From: an uncultured Rhodospirillaceae bacterium
Lineage (GTDB): Bacteria > Pseudomonadota > Alphaproteobacteria > Rhodospirillales > UBA2165
Reading direction: 5' to 3'
Length of the DNA: 64,000 nt
NCBI GenBank assembly: GCA_964639965.1
Contig: CAZXGI010000006.1
Span: 1,554-65,553 of the forward strand
The translations under genes and the position numbers were made by a program. Under the pieces are notes generated by a model, which made no database searches, was not told the DNA's origin, and saw only the letters and a program-made list of their open reading frames with translations. Below, piece after piece: positions 37,221 to 46,187 of this stretch (positions are counted from its first letter, which is position 1; each line of letters opens with the position of its first letter).

Positions 37221-38324
37221 ATGTCGAATGTTACCGCTGAGCAAGTCCTAGAAGCTCTAAAAACAGTAAAATATCCTGATCAGAACAAAAATATTGTAGA
37301 ATTAGATATGGTTTCAGGGCTTCAATTAAAAAATGGGCACGTAGCATTTGGGATTGAGGTTGATGCTGAAAGAGGTTCTCAGCTTGAACCTCTCAGAAAA
37401 GCGGCGGAGCAAGTAGTTCATGATCTTCCCGGAGTACTAACAGTAACCGCTGTATTAACGGCAGAGCGGCAGGCCTCTTCTGCAGTAAAACAATCTCCAG
37501 AAAATCAGTCATCAAATACTCAACCCAGTGCTCAACCAGCTGCATTCCAAAAACTGGATATCCTTGGTATCGATTCTGTTATCGCGATCGCCTCAGGTAA
37601 AGGTGGCGTCGGAAAATCAACAACAGCTGTCAATTTAGCACTTGCAATGGCTGCAAAAGGTAAAACAGTGGGGCTACTTGATGCTGATATTTATGGTCCA
37701 TCCATTCCGCTGATGTTGGGGATCACGGAGAAGCCTTCCCAAACAGAAAGCGGTTTGATTGCACCGCTGGAAAATCACGGACTTAAATGTATGTCGATCG
37801 GTTTTCTAATCGATGAAACCACTGCAATGATATGGCGGGGGCCAATGGCTACAGGTGCGCTAGAGCAGTTAATCAAAGATGTTGCGTGGGGGCAATTAGA
37901 TTGTCTCGTAATTGACCTCCCCCCAGGTACTGGTGATATTCATCTAACGATGGCTCAACGAATACCAATATCTGGGGCTATAATTGTATCAACGCCTCAA
38001 GACGTCGCCCTGGCTGATGCCCGGAAAGGAATGAATATGTTTGAAAAGGTTGATATTCCAGTTTTTGGTTTAATTGAAAATATGAGCTATTTTAATTGCC
38101 CCAAATGCGGTGAACGGACGGAAATTTTTAGCCATGGTGGAGCCCGCAAAGAATCTCAAAAGCTAGGAGTCGACTTCTTAGGCGAAATTCCACTGGATGT
38201 TTCCATTCGCGAAACTTCTGACAAAGGACAACCTATTGTTGTGTCCGAACCGTCTTCCATGCATTCAACCAGCTATCTAGAAATTGGCGATAAAATTTGG
38301 GCAAAAATCGATAAATTAAAATAG
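37221..38324 (+). CDS. mrp: Fe-S cluster carrier ATPase, Mrp/ApbC/NBP35 family
   Basis: 367 aa. N-terminal DUF59-like domain, deviant Walker A ASGKGGVGKST, and a CPKCG motif. Confidence 0.9.
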   Translation: MSNVTAEQVLEALKTVKYPDQNKNIVELDMVSGLQLKNGHVAFGIEVDAERGSQLEPLRKAAEQVVHDLPGVLTVTAVLTAERQASSAVKQSPENQSSNTQPSAQPAAFQKLDILGIDSVIAIASGKGGVGKSTTAVNLALAMAAKGKTVGLLDADIYGPSIPLMLGITEKPSQTESGLIAPLENHGLKCMSIGFLIDETTAMIWRGPMATGALEQLIKDVAWGQLDCLVIDLPPGTGDIHLTMAQRIPISGAIIVSTPQDVALADARKGMNMFEKVDIPVFGLIENMSYFNCPKCGERTEIFSHGGARKESQKLGVDFLGEIPLDVSIRETSDKGQPIVVSEPSSMHSTSYLEIGDKIWAKIDKLK

Positions 38325-38432
38325 ATTCTTCAATGCATAATCTTTGCAAATAGTTCCTCTTATCAATCTAAAACGTTATCCCTACCTTATCAATTTTGAA
38401 AGAAATCTGGTCAAATTGAGATAAATATTGTG

Positions 38433-39446
38433 CTACTTTAATAGATATGTGAGGGACGTCTCGACTTCTAACCAATCAACGAGTTCATTCTCGGGCAGGA
38501 TAATTTCCAAACGCGAATCTCGGCGGTAGGCAATAGGTGAAAAAGTTATTTCATTTTTGACACGATCAATCAAAAACCAACTCTTGTCTGTCCTAAAAAC
38601 ACCCTTAAGCCGCTCAATATTGAGGATACTTTTAGGTCCTGGGGGACCAAGGAAATCAATCAAAGCCCCATAATTAAATATATCTTCGTAGGAAAAAATC
38701 CACCCACAACCTTTGTAACCAGCTCCATTATTTTCCACACGAATGGGAATACCAGGTTCAGGATTGTTAATCTTAGTTAAGACTGCTTTCTTCTCATGGA
38801 CGTGTAAATTTGGGAAAAGTGGTAATCTTTCAGTGTACGACCTCATATTCAATAGCTCGGTATCGATATTCCCCATTACTGTTTCGGCAACAGCCAGTTT
38901 TGGTGGAAACAAAGCCGCAGCCCACGCGTAATAGCGATCGATGTCACCTTTATTTGCAAGATCCGTTTTACTTGCAACTAGGACATCAGCCAAATGAACT
39001 TGATCACGAAACACCTCAACCTCTTGGATACGTTGATCACCAATAAAGCGCGGATCAACGAAACAAATTACGGCGCCAACATCGACAATATCCTTAAGGT
39101 CTGCATTTCTGAGTTCATCCAAAATACCAGCGGGATGCCCAATTCCAGTCGGTTCAATTAATAAACGGTCAGGCTTCCTCCTTCTCAATATCTCCGCTAT
39201 AGCAACTTTCATAGGCATATTCACCGCGCAACACATGCATCCACCGGGAATTTCACGTATGATTATTTTTTCTTCATTAACCGTGTTAAATGCTGTCTGA
39301 TCAATAGCCACCTCACCAAATTCATTCACCAAAATTGCCCAGCTTTCATTTTTTGGCTTGCGCGATAATAAAGAACGAATGGCAGTTGTTTTCCCAACAC
39401 CAAAAAACCCAGTAAACAATGTAGTTGGGATTTTAAGTTTAGTCAT
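38433..39446 (-). CDS. COG0523 (CobW/HypB/UreG-type G3E) GTPase paralog, metallochaperone-like
   Basis: 337 aa. P-loop GFFGVGKTT, the CxCC metal motif GGCMCC, and a CobW_C-like C-terminus. It lacks the His-rich stretch of the cobW at 58815. Confidence 0.8.
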   Translation of the reverse strand: MTKLKIPTTLFTGFFGVGKTTAIRSLLSRKPKNESWAILVNEFGEVAIDQTAFNTVNEEKIIIREIPGGCMCCAVNMPMKVAIAEILRRRKPDRLLIEPTGIGHPAGILDELRNADLKDIVDVGAVICFVDPRFIGDQRIQEVEVFRDQVHLADVLVASKTDLANKGDIDRYYAWAAALFPPKLAVAETVMGNIDTELLNMRSYTERLPLFPNLHVHEKKAVLTKINNPEPGIPIRVENNGAGYKGCGWIFSYEDIFNYGALIDFLGPPGPKSILNIERLKGVFRTDKSWFLIDRVKNEITFSPIAYRRDSRLEIILPENELVDWLEVETSLTYLLK

Positions 39447-39461
39447 AATAAAATCGCCATT

Positions 39462-40295
39462 CTATATTTCATACTTCATAAGTCTAAGCGATAACTCACT
39501 TGCCATGTAACGAGCAACTGCCTCTTCGCTACATTTCTCTTCCCACCATAAATGAGTTTTATTTGAAATCTCTTGTAATTTTTCCTCATCGGCCAAAAGA
39601 CTGTCTGCGATGGGTTTAAGCTTACTCCAATCATCAAGCTCGACAACTGGCCATCCTATGTTAAACCAAGTCGGCGATTGCCGGGGCGCAACAACCACAC
39701 ACCCCGCACGCATCGCCTCATAAATGCGGTGAGTATCATAACTTTTCCCGCTAGGACAAAGTGCCAATTTAGTCTGCGCCATATTATGGGCGTATACATT
39801 ATATTGAATCTCGGCAAATTGTTTTATTATTATATTTTTGTTATTGGGTTCTAATAAAAAATCTTTTTCCATAGAAGAAAAAAAATCTTCCCTGTTATCT
39901 GCCTGCCCCATAAAAAAAAGATCAATAGAACGATCCACCATCGGCTGAATTTCCAGACTTGATATATTCTTGTTACAACCCAGTGGCAGATTGTAAACAC
40001 TATGAGGGAAAGGAGCGAATGGTACATAATTTCTAAATACTGCAAAGGCTTTATTTAAATAATCTGGTATTTTATGATCTTTATCGTTTACTTGATAGAC
40101 AACAACGGGCAGATCCGTAGCAATATCCAGCTTTTTAGACTGAGGAGTAATAAAAAAAACAAAACGTTCTGCGATCCGCAAAGGAACAAGGTAATTTTCA
40201 AGCCGATTGAGAACGACCACGATATGTTCCCATTCTGCGCAGTTCTCAGGGAGATCCCAAACAACGTCTAGGTTATTAAATCTTGGATAGGACAT
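39462..40295 (-). CDS. Hypothetical protein with an exostosin (GT47)-like C-terminal motif
   Basis: 277 aa. LALCPSGKSYDTHRIYEAMRAGCVVV resembles the exostosin-family signature (CLxPxG...R..EA...GC.PV). Otherwise I do not recognise it. It lies 15 nt upstream of the COG0523 gene. Confidence 0.4.
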   Translation of the reverse strand: MSYPRFNNLDVVWDLPENCAEWEHIVVVLNRLENYLVPLRIAERFVFFITPQSKKLDIATDLPVVVYQVNDKDHKIPDYLNKAFAVFRNYVPFAPFPHSVYNLPLGCNKNISSLEIQPMVDRSIDLFFMGQADNREDFFSSMEKDFLLEPNNKNIIIKQFAEIQYNVYAHNMAQTKLALCPSGKSYDTHRIYEAMRAGCVVVAPRQSPTWFNIGWPVVELDDWSKLKPIADSLLADEEKLQEISNKTHLWWEEKCSEEAVARYMASELSLRLMKYEI

Positions 40296-40378
40296 TCTAA
40301 TTCCTCAAATAATAGAATAACATAAATCAGAAAAAAAGTCTGCTATCCGACCAAGAAAAGACTTGTTATAAAATATAT

Positions 40379-41395
40379 ATGTCAAAACCTTTCAATAAAT
40401 TAAATAAACCTCTCCATGGGGGCGATCTAACTGCCGCAACAAAAACGTTCGGCATACCAGAAGACCAATGGATTGACCTTTCAACCGGTATTAATAGTGA
40501 ATCCTATCCAAATATACATTTGGACAAGAAAGTGATCAGAACTCTTCCCACAATCGATGATATGACAATTCTCTTAAACGGAGCCAGAAAATTTTATCGA
40601 GCGAATAAGGATTGCGAAATCATTGCCGGACCTGGCACTCAATCAATCCTGCAAATCCTGCCACTCCTCTTTCCTAGCCAAAAAGTTGCTATTTTATCAC
40701 CCACTTATAGTGAACATCAATATACTTGGGAACAAGCCGGCAATAAAGTTATGTGCATCAACACACTAAACTCGATTCCCCGAGACGTTATTGCGGTAGT
40801 GGTTAACCCAAATAATCCGGATGGCAAAAAATATCAGGTCGAAGATATTTTAAAACTTTCGGAAAAATTGATTTTGCTGATTGTAGACGAAGCATTTTGT
40901 GATAACTCACCAGATTTGAGTACCATCCCTCATTTAGCTGGTCACAACATCCTTGTCTTACGCTCATTAGGAAAGTTCTTCGGGCTAGCAGGGTTACGTC
41001 TTGGTTTTGCAATTGGTATGTCTTCAATTACTCAAAGCCTCTCTGCCCGCCTTGGACCGTGGGCGGTTTCGGGACCAGCAATTGAAATCGGCTCCCGAGC
41101 TCTATTAGACAGTTCTTGGATTTCAAAAATGCGCAAGACATTAAAAGCTCAAAGCTCTCGTCTAAATCGCATATTAGCCGAAAATAAACTTTCTGTTATT
41201 GGCAACACAGATTTATTTACTCTCATATCAACCGAACGAGCTTTTGAACTTTATAGCGCTCTTGCTAAAGAGGGCATTTTAGTTAGGCGTTTTGAAGAGC
41301 ACCCAAATTGGATAAGAATAGGCTTGCCTGGAACAGAAATTGAATGGCAGAAACTCGAATGTGTTTTAAATGCGACGCTTAAACACTATCAATAA
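40379..41395 (+). CDS. cobD: L-threonine-O-3-phosphate decarboxylase (CobD of Salmonella, CobC of P. denitrificans naming)
   Basis: 338 aa. N-terminal HGGDL plus DLSTGIN, and a PLP-lysine region SLGKFFGLAGLRLG (class I/II aminotransferase fold). Confidence 0.8.
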   Translation: MSKPFNKLNKPLHGGDLTAATKTFGIPEDQWIDLSTGINSESYPNIHLDKKVIRTLPTIDDMTILLNGARKFYRANKDCEIIAGPGTQSILQILPLLFPSQKVAILSPTYSEHQYTWEQAGNKVMCINTLNSIPRDVIAVVVNPNNPDGKKYQVEDILKLSEKLILLIVDEAFCDNSPDLSTIPHLAGHNILVLRSLGKFFGLAGLRLGFAIGMSSITQSLSARLGPWAVSGPAIEIGSRALLDSSWISKMRKTLKAQSSRLNRILAENKLSVIGNTDLFTLISTERAFELYSALAKEGILVRRFEEHPNWIRIGLPGTEIEWQKLECVLNATLKHYQ

Positions 41396-42698
41396 TATGA
41401 GAGAATGAACCCATTACAGAACCACGCTTTGATCCCATCTCTGGTAATTTCTCTCCCCGAGAATTACGCATATAGAATAAATTTTTAACTCTGTCATTCT
41501 CAACTATGTTGCAATAATGAAATTCATGACCTTTAAAACTAGAGCCTGCTTTCCCCAGACTTCCCTCATCAATGAGTGATAGTTGACGGTAACCCAAATT
41601 CAATTTCGGTTTAGAAAATGATGTTTTAATTGGCAGAAGATCAAGCATTTCATGCGATTTTCCATTTCTGTCTATTAATGATTCGCCCAAAACCATAAAC
41701 CCGCCGCATTCGCCATAAATCACTGCTTCATTAGCTGCTGCTATTTTCATTTTTTCCTTAAACTCTTGATTTGCAGAAATTTCAGAAGCATAAAGTTCGG
41801 GGTATCCACCAGGCAAATAAATACTGTCCGCATGCGAGTGGGGGGCCTCCCCAGCCACAGGTGAGAAAAAAGTTACGGTAACGCCTCGGGAACGCCAAGC
41901 ATCCAAAACATAATCGTAACAAAAAGAAAATGCATTATCACAAGCAACAGCAATATGCTGCCCTAAGATCGGAACAGGTAAATAATTTTTAAGCGTTGCT
42001 GTGCTTTTCGAACTTCTAGCAAGCTTATAAAGCAAGTCTAGATCAATGTGATTTCTGACTAATTCTGAGGCCCTATTGAGCCACTCGTCAAGGTCAAAAA
42101 TTTCACGTGCCTGAATTAGACCTAAATGCCTGTTTGGCAGCGTTAATGTATCATGCTGCGGAATACAGCCTATACAAGTTAGTTTAGTATGTGAAAGAGC
42201 TTCTTTCAAAATACGTTCATGATTATCACTTCCTACCCGATTAAAAATGACACCAGAAATTTCAATGTCAGCGCGATAATTTAGAAAACCTTCAACTAAA
42301 GCTGCAACCGAAGAACCTTGACCCTTAGCGTCAACAACCAAAACAACGGGCCAGCCCAGCCATTTAGCTGCGTCTGCTGTACTTCCAAGGTTCATTGATT
42401 TTCCCGAGGGCGCTCCATCAAACAATCCCATAACACCTTCGGCAATAACAAAATCATTCTTTCCCTCTGCCGATACACGTTGGTGTGCAAGTGTTTCGTC
42501 GCGCATACCCCACAAATCAATATTCCGGCACAACTCGCCAGAAGCAGAAAAATGATAGGCAGCGTCGATATAATCTGGGCCAATTTTAATCGAACTGACT
42601 TTTATACCCGCATTCCTTATCGCACGTAACAAGCCCAAGGTGATAACGGTTTTACCATTACCCGAAGCTGGAGCTGCTATAACTATACCAGAAGCCAT
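41379..42698 (-). CDS. cobB: Cobyrinate/hydrogenobyrinate a,c-diamide synthase
   Basis: MASGIVIAAPASGNGKT P-loop start (ATG 42698, AGAGGA RBS, 4 nt after the cobA stop). The ORF track extends to 42761. The C-terminal amidotransferase region has YGECGGFM. Confidence 0.85.
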   Translation of the reverse strand: MASGIVIAAPASGNGKTVITLGLLRAIRNAGIKVSSIKIGPDYIDAAYHFSASGELCRNIDLWGMRDETLAHQRVSAEGKNDFVIAEGVMGLFDGAPSGKSMNLGSTADAAKWLGWPVVLVVDAKGQGSSVAALVEGFLNYRADIEISGVIFNRVGSDNHERILKEALSHTKLTCIGCIPQHDTLTLPNRHLGLIQAREIFDLDEWLNRASELVRNHIDLDLLYKLARSSKSTATLKNYLPVPILGQHIAVACDNAFSFCYDYVLDAWRSRGVTVTFFSPVAGEAPHSHADSIYLPGGYPELYASEISANQEFKEKMKIAAANEAVIYGECGGFMVLGESLIDRNGKSHEMLDLLPIKTSFSKPKLNLGYRQLSLIDEGSLGKAGSSFKGHEFHYCNIVENDRVKNLFYMRNSRGEKLPEMGSKRGSVMGSFSHIIDSV

Positions 42699-42702
42699 TG
42701 AT

Positions 42703-43512
42703 TTATCCTCTAGCGACCCAATCCAACTGTTCTCGAAAATTAACGATGTCTCCGACCACAATTAACGCTGGCGGAATTAAATCAGAAGCCGCTACATCTG
42801 CAGCACAGCTCTGCAAAGTAGAAATTAGAACCTGCTGCCCAGGCTTGGTCGCCTTGCAAATGATTGCCACAGGTTCTGTCGGGGGGCGACCAGCTTCTCT
42901 TAATTGATCAGCAATTCTGCCAATATGCGCCATTCCCATGAAAAAAATCAGGGCGGGCGAGCCGTCGGCCAAGGCTTTCCAATTAATATCATCCGGTACC
43001 TCCCCACTGGCATTATGTCCTGTAATAAAGGTCACCGCTGAGTTCGTGCCTCTAGTGGTCATAGGAATACCTGCGTAAGCAAGCCCACCAATACCTGCAG
43101 TAATCCCAGGTACTATTCGAAAGAATATGTTCTCTTTTGCCAAACGTAGACACTCCTCAGCTCCTCGCCCGAATACAAATGGATCACCACCTTTTAGCCT
43201 TAATACGCGTTTATTTTTTTTAGCAAGTATTACAAGACGGTCAGATATGTCTTTCTGCTTAGGTGACGGTTTCCCACCACGTTTTCCAGCATATTCCAGC
43301 GCAGCATTTTCTCCTGCAAACCTTAAAATATCCTCACCGACAAGAGCATCGTATACGATAACATCTGCATTCTGGATACCATGTAAGGCCAACAGTGAGA
43401 GTAACCCAGGGTCTCCTGGTCCAGCACCAACGACCCAAACAGTCCCCGGATCAAAGTTGGGCATTCTTATTGTTTTATTTTCCATAAATTTAAATTTAGC
43501 AGACTGGAGCAT
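42703..43512 (-). CDS. cobA: Uroporphyrinogen-III C-methyltransferase (SUMT)
   Basis: VWVVGAGPGDPGLL and LKGGDPFVFGRG. The true start may be an internal Met (MENK or MPNF). Confidence 0.85.
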   Translation of the reverse strand: MLQSAKFKFMENKTIRMPNFDPGTVWVVGAGPGDPGLLSLLALHGIQNADVIVYDALVGEDILRFAGENAALEYAGKRGGKPSPKQKDISDRLVILAKKNKRVLRLKGGDPFVFGRGAEECLRLAKENIFFRIVPGITAGIGGLAYAGIPMTTRGTNSAVTFITGHNASGEVPDDINWKALADGSPALIFFMGMAHIGRIADQLREAGRPPTEPVAIICKATKPGQQVLISTLQSCAADVAASDLIPPALIVVGDIVNFREQLDWVARG

Positions 43513-43539
43513 GATTGAAAAAGAATATAAGCTATTTTA

Positions 43540-44652
43540 ATGCAAAATAATATTTCTATAGAAACAGAGGATAGCGCCCGAGAACTGCGGAGAGGTTGGA
43601 CGACAGGTGCTTGCGCGACCGCGGCAGCAAAAGCCAGTTATATTGGGCTATTAACCGGCCAGATACCAAGTAAAGTTACGATAACACTCCCAGGTGGACA
43701 AAAACCTGATTTTTTAGTCAAAGAATCACATATTTCCAAATTAACTGTTATGGCTGCCATTGAAAAAGATGCAGGGGATGATCCTGATGTTACACACGGC
43801 TCAGTAATTCGCGTGTCTATTCGCCAATCAGAGAAATTAACCTTTAAAGCTGGCCTTGGTGTTGGAAAAGTTACTAAACCTGGCCTACCAATTAAGGTCG
43901 GGGAACCCGCAATTAATCCTGGACCTCGTAAAATGATAGAGCAAAACTTACAAGTCGTAGCAGATAAATATGGCGGCGATTTAAAAATTCAAATAGAGAT
44001 CTCAATCGATAATGGTCGAAAATTAGCACAAAAAACTTGGAACCCACGTCTTGGTATTGTTGGAGGCCTATCAATACTGGGTACTACAGGAGTAGTTATT
44101 CCATATTCTTGTGCGGCGTGGATAGCTTCAATCCATCAAGGCATTGATGTTGCACGTGCAACAGGGATCAAGCATGTTGCCGCTTGCACAGGAAAAACTT
44201 CCGAAGAAGCTGTAACCACTTTATATAAATTTGAACCATCATCAATATTGGATATGGGAGATTTTGTTGGTGGCACTGTTAAATATCTCCGAACTAATCC
44301 TATTTCAAAAGTTACCATCGCAAGTGGTTTTGGGAAAGCATCAAAACTCGCGGCCGGTCATATGGACTTACATTCAAACCGCTCCCAATTAAACCCAAAT
44401 TTCATTGCCTCATTAGCAGCTAAGACCGGTATTAACAAATACATCTGTGATCAGATTGCTAGATCCGAAAGTGCAGGCAATATAATAGAAATAATTGAAA
44501 AATATAACCTTAAACTTGGAGATGAAATAGCCAAAACCGCTCAGGCCGTCGTCAATGAGGAAATCGATAACAATATCAATATTGAGATTCTAGTCTATGA
44601 TAGAAAAGGAACCCAGATCGGCCACGCTCCCTTTAAAACGGTTAAGAAATGA
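43540..44652 (+). CDS. cbiD: Cobalt-precorrin-5B (C1)-methyltransferase CbiD
   Basis: 370 aa. LRRGWTTGACATAAAKAS is the CbiD N-terminal signature. Confidence 0.85.
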   Translation: MQNNISIETEDSARELRRGWTTGACATAAAKASYIGLLTGQIPSKVTITLPGGQKPDFLVKESHISKLTVMAAIEKDAGDDPDVTHGSVIRVSIRQSEKLTFKAGLGVGKVTKPGLPIKVGEPAINPGPRKMIEQNLQVVADKYGGDLKIQIEISIDNGRKLAQKTWNPRLGIVGGLSILGTTGVVIPYSCAAWIASIHQGIDVARATGIKHVAACTGKTSEEAVTTLYKFEPSSILDMGDFVGGTVKYLRTNPISKVTIASGFGKASKLAAGHMDLHSNRSQLNPNFIASLAAKTGINKYICDQIARSESAGNIIEIIEKYNLKLGDEIAKTAQAVVNEEIDNNINIEILVYDRKGTQIGHAPFKTVKK

Positions 44653-45383
44653 GACGACTTTTAATATTAGGAGGTACAGGTGAAGCCTCCAATCTCGCAA
44701 CTAAAACAAAAGAAATACCCAATCTTACAACGATTTATTCGTTAGCCGGTCGAACTAATACACCTAATATCCCTTTATGTGAGATCCGAACTGGTGGTTT
44801 CGGGGGTTTAAACGGCTTAGTTCAATATCTGCAAGCCGCAAAGATTGATTTTGTAATAGATGCAACTCACCCTTTTGCAAATAAAATTGCCGCAAATGTG
44901 GCAAAAGCTTGCACCAGCATCAATATCCCAAGAATTAAATTCTGCCGACCAGCTTGGGAACCAAAAAAAATACCTTGGATTTCTGTTCCCTCTTATTCGG
45001 AAACTGCAAATAAACTTAACTTAATGGGTCAACGTATTTTTCTCTCAATCGGAACAAGTAACCTTAATGCGTTTTCTTTTCTATCGAAAAAGTGGTTCCT
45101 AATCCGTGCCATTGAGAAACCAATTCGGCCAATCCCTCTTACAAACCACAATATTATCTTAGCCCGTGGACCGTTTAATGAAATCCACGAACACAACTTA
45201 TTTGTCAAATTCGGTATTGAGGTCCTCGTTAGTAAAAATAGTGGCGGCATTCCCGCTGCCAAACTTAAAGTTGCACACAAGCTCGGAATACCAATCATAA
45301 TGATCGAACAACCATCGCCGCCTAAAGGAAGTGTTATGCACTCAATACAAGAGACATTAGACTGGCTAAACAATCAATCATAA
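44649..45383 (+). CDS. cobK: Precorrin-6A / cobalt-precorrin-6A reductase
   Basis: 244 aa with an RLLILGGTGEA start. It overlaps cbiD by 4 nt. Confidence 0.85.
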   Translation: MRRLLILGGTGEASNLATKTKEIPNLTTIYSLAGRTNTPNIPLCEIRTGGFGGLNGLVQYLQAAKIDFVIDATHPFANKIAANVAKACTSINIPRIKFCRPAWEPKKIPWISVPSYSETANKLNLMGQRIFLSIGTSNLNAFSFLSKKWFLIRAIEKPIRPIPLTNHNIILARGPFNEIHEHNLFVKFGIEVLVSKNSGGIPAAKLKVAHKLGIPIIMIEQPSPPKGSVMHSIQETLDWLNNQS

Positions 45384-45431
45384 CTTACATTTTAAACACA
45401 AAATACTGAACAAACTTTTTCAACACACCAC

Positions 45432-46187
45432 TCATCTTGGACGTAACAAGTGTTTATGGTCTTTTGCATACAAACGACTGTCGACAAAATTATCAGTATT
45501 AAAGACTTTGCCAACCATGACCAACGCTGTTCTTGTAATTTTCTCCGCGCGCACTTTTGCGTGTATGTTGGTTAGTGTGCCCGGTATTATTTTTTGGTCC
45601 GGCCACGTGACCCTATAAATGATGTAGACAGGGCAATTTTCCCCATAGTGGGGAATTAGGTCCTGAACAACTTTTTTTAAGTTTCGTACGGAAAGGTGTA
45701 TCGCAAGTGTTGCCGTTGATTTTGCTAAGGAAGCCAGTTCTTCCCCGCTTGGCATATTAGAGGCTTTTCCCGCAGTCCTCGTGATTATCACGGTTTGAGA
45801 AACTTCCGGAAGGGTAAGTTCTTGATTTAATGCTGCTGCAGCTGCAGTAAAAGCAGGAACTCCAGGTGTAACATCATAATCAATACCAAGCGAATCAAGC
45901 TTACGCATTTGTTCTGCTATAGCACCATATATTGATGGATCGCCTGAATGTACCCGAGCAACATCTAATCCATTCTGATCAGCCTGTTTAATCTTTTCAA
46001 TGATCTGATCTAGATGGAGTGGCGCCGTGTCAATAATTTCAGCGTCACTAGGAGCCTCTGCCACTACTTGCTCTGGAACAAGGGAGCCGGCATAAAGACA
46101 AACCTGACTTGCTTTGATGTGATTGAGTCCTCGAACTGTAATAAGGTCAGGGGCTCCGGGGCCAGCACCAATAAAGTGAACCGTCAT
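45432..46187 (-). CDS. cobM: Precorrin-4 C11-methyltransferase
   Basis: 251 aa. VHFIGAGPGAPDLITVRG and HSGDPSIYGA. Confidence 0.9.
   Translation of the reverse strand: MTVHFIGAGPGAPDLITVRGLNHIKASQVCLYAGSLVPEQVVAEAPSDAEIIDTAPLHLDQIIEKIKQADQNGLDVARVHSGDPSIYGAIAEQMRKLDSLGIDYDVTPGVPAFTAAAAALNQELTLPEVSQTVIITRTAGKASNMPSGEELASLAKSTATLAIHLSVRNLKKVVQDLIPHYGENCPVYIIYRVTWPDQKIIPGTLTNIHAKVRAEKITRTALVMVGKVFNTDNFVDSRLYAKDHKHLLRPR

Noticed and set aside
41379-41395. 17-nt overlap of the 3' ends of convergent cobD (Thr-P decarboxylase) and cobB.
   Set aside because: Both ORFs look full-length up to their stops. Short convergent overlaps occur in compact genomes, and I see no sign of a frameshift or regulatory meaning.
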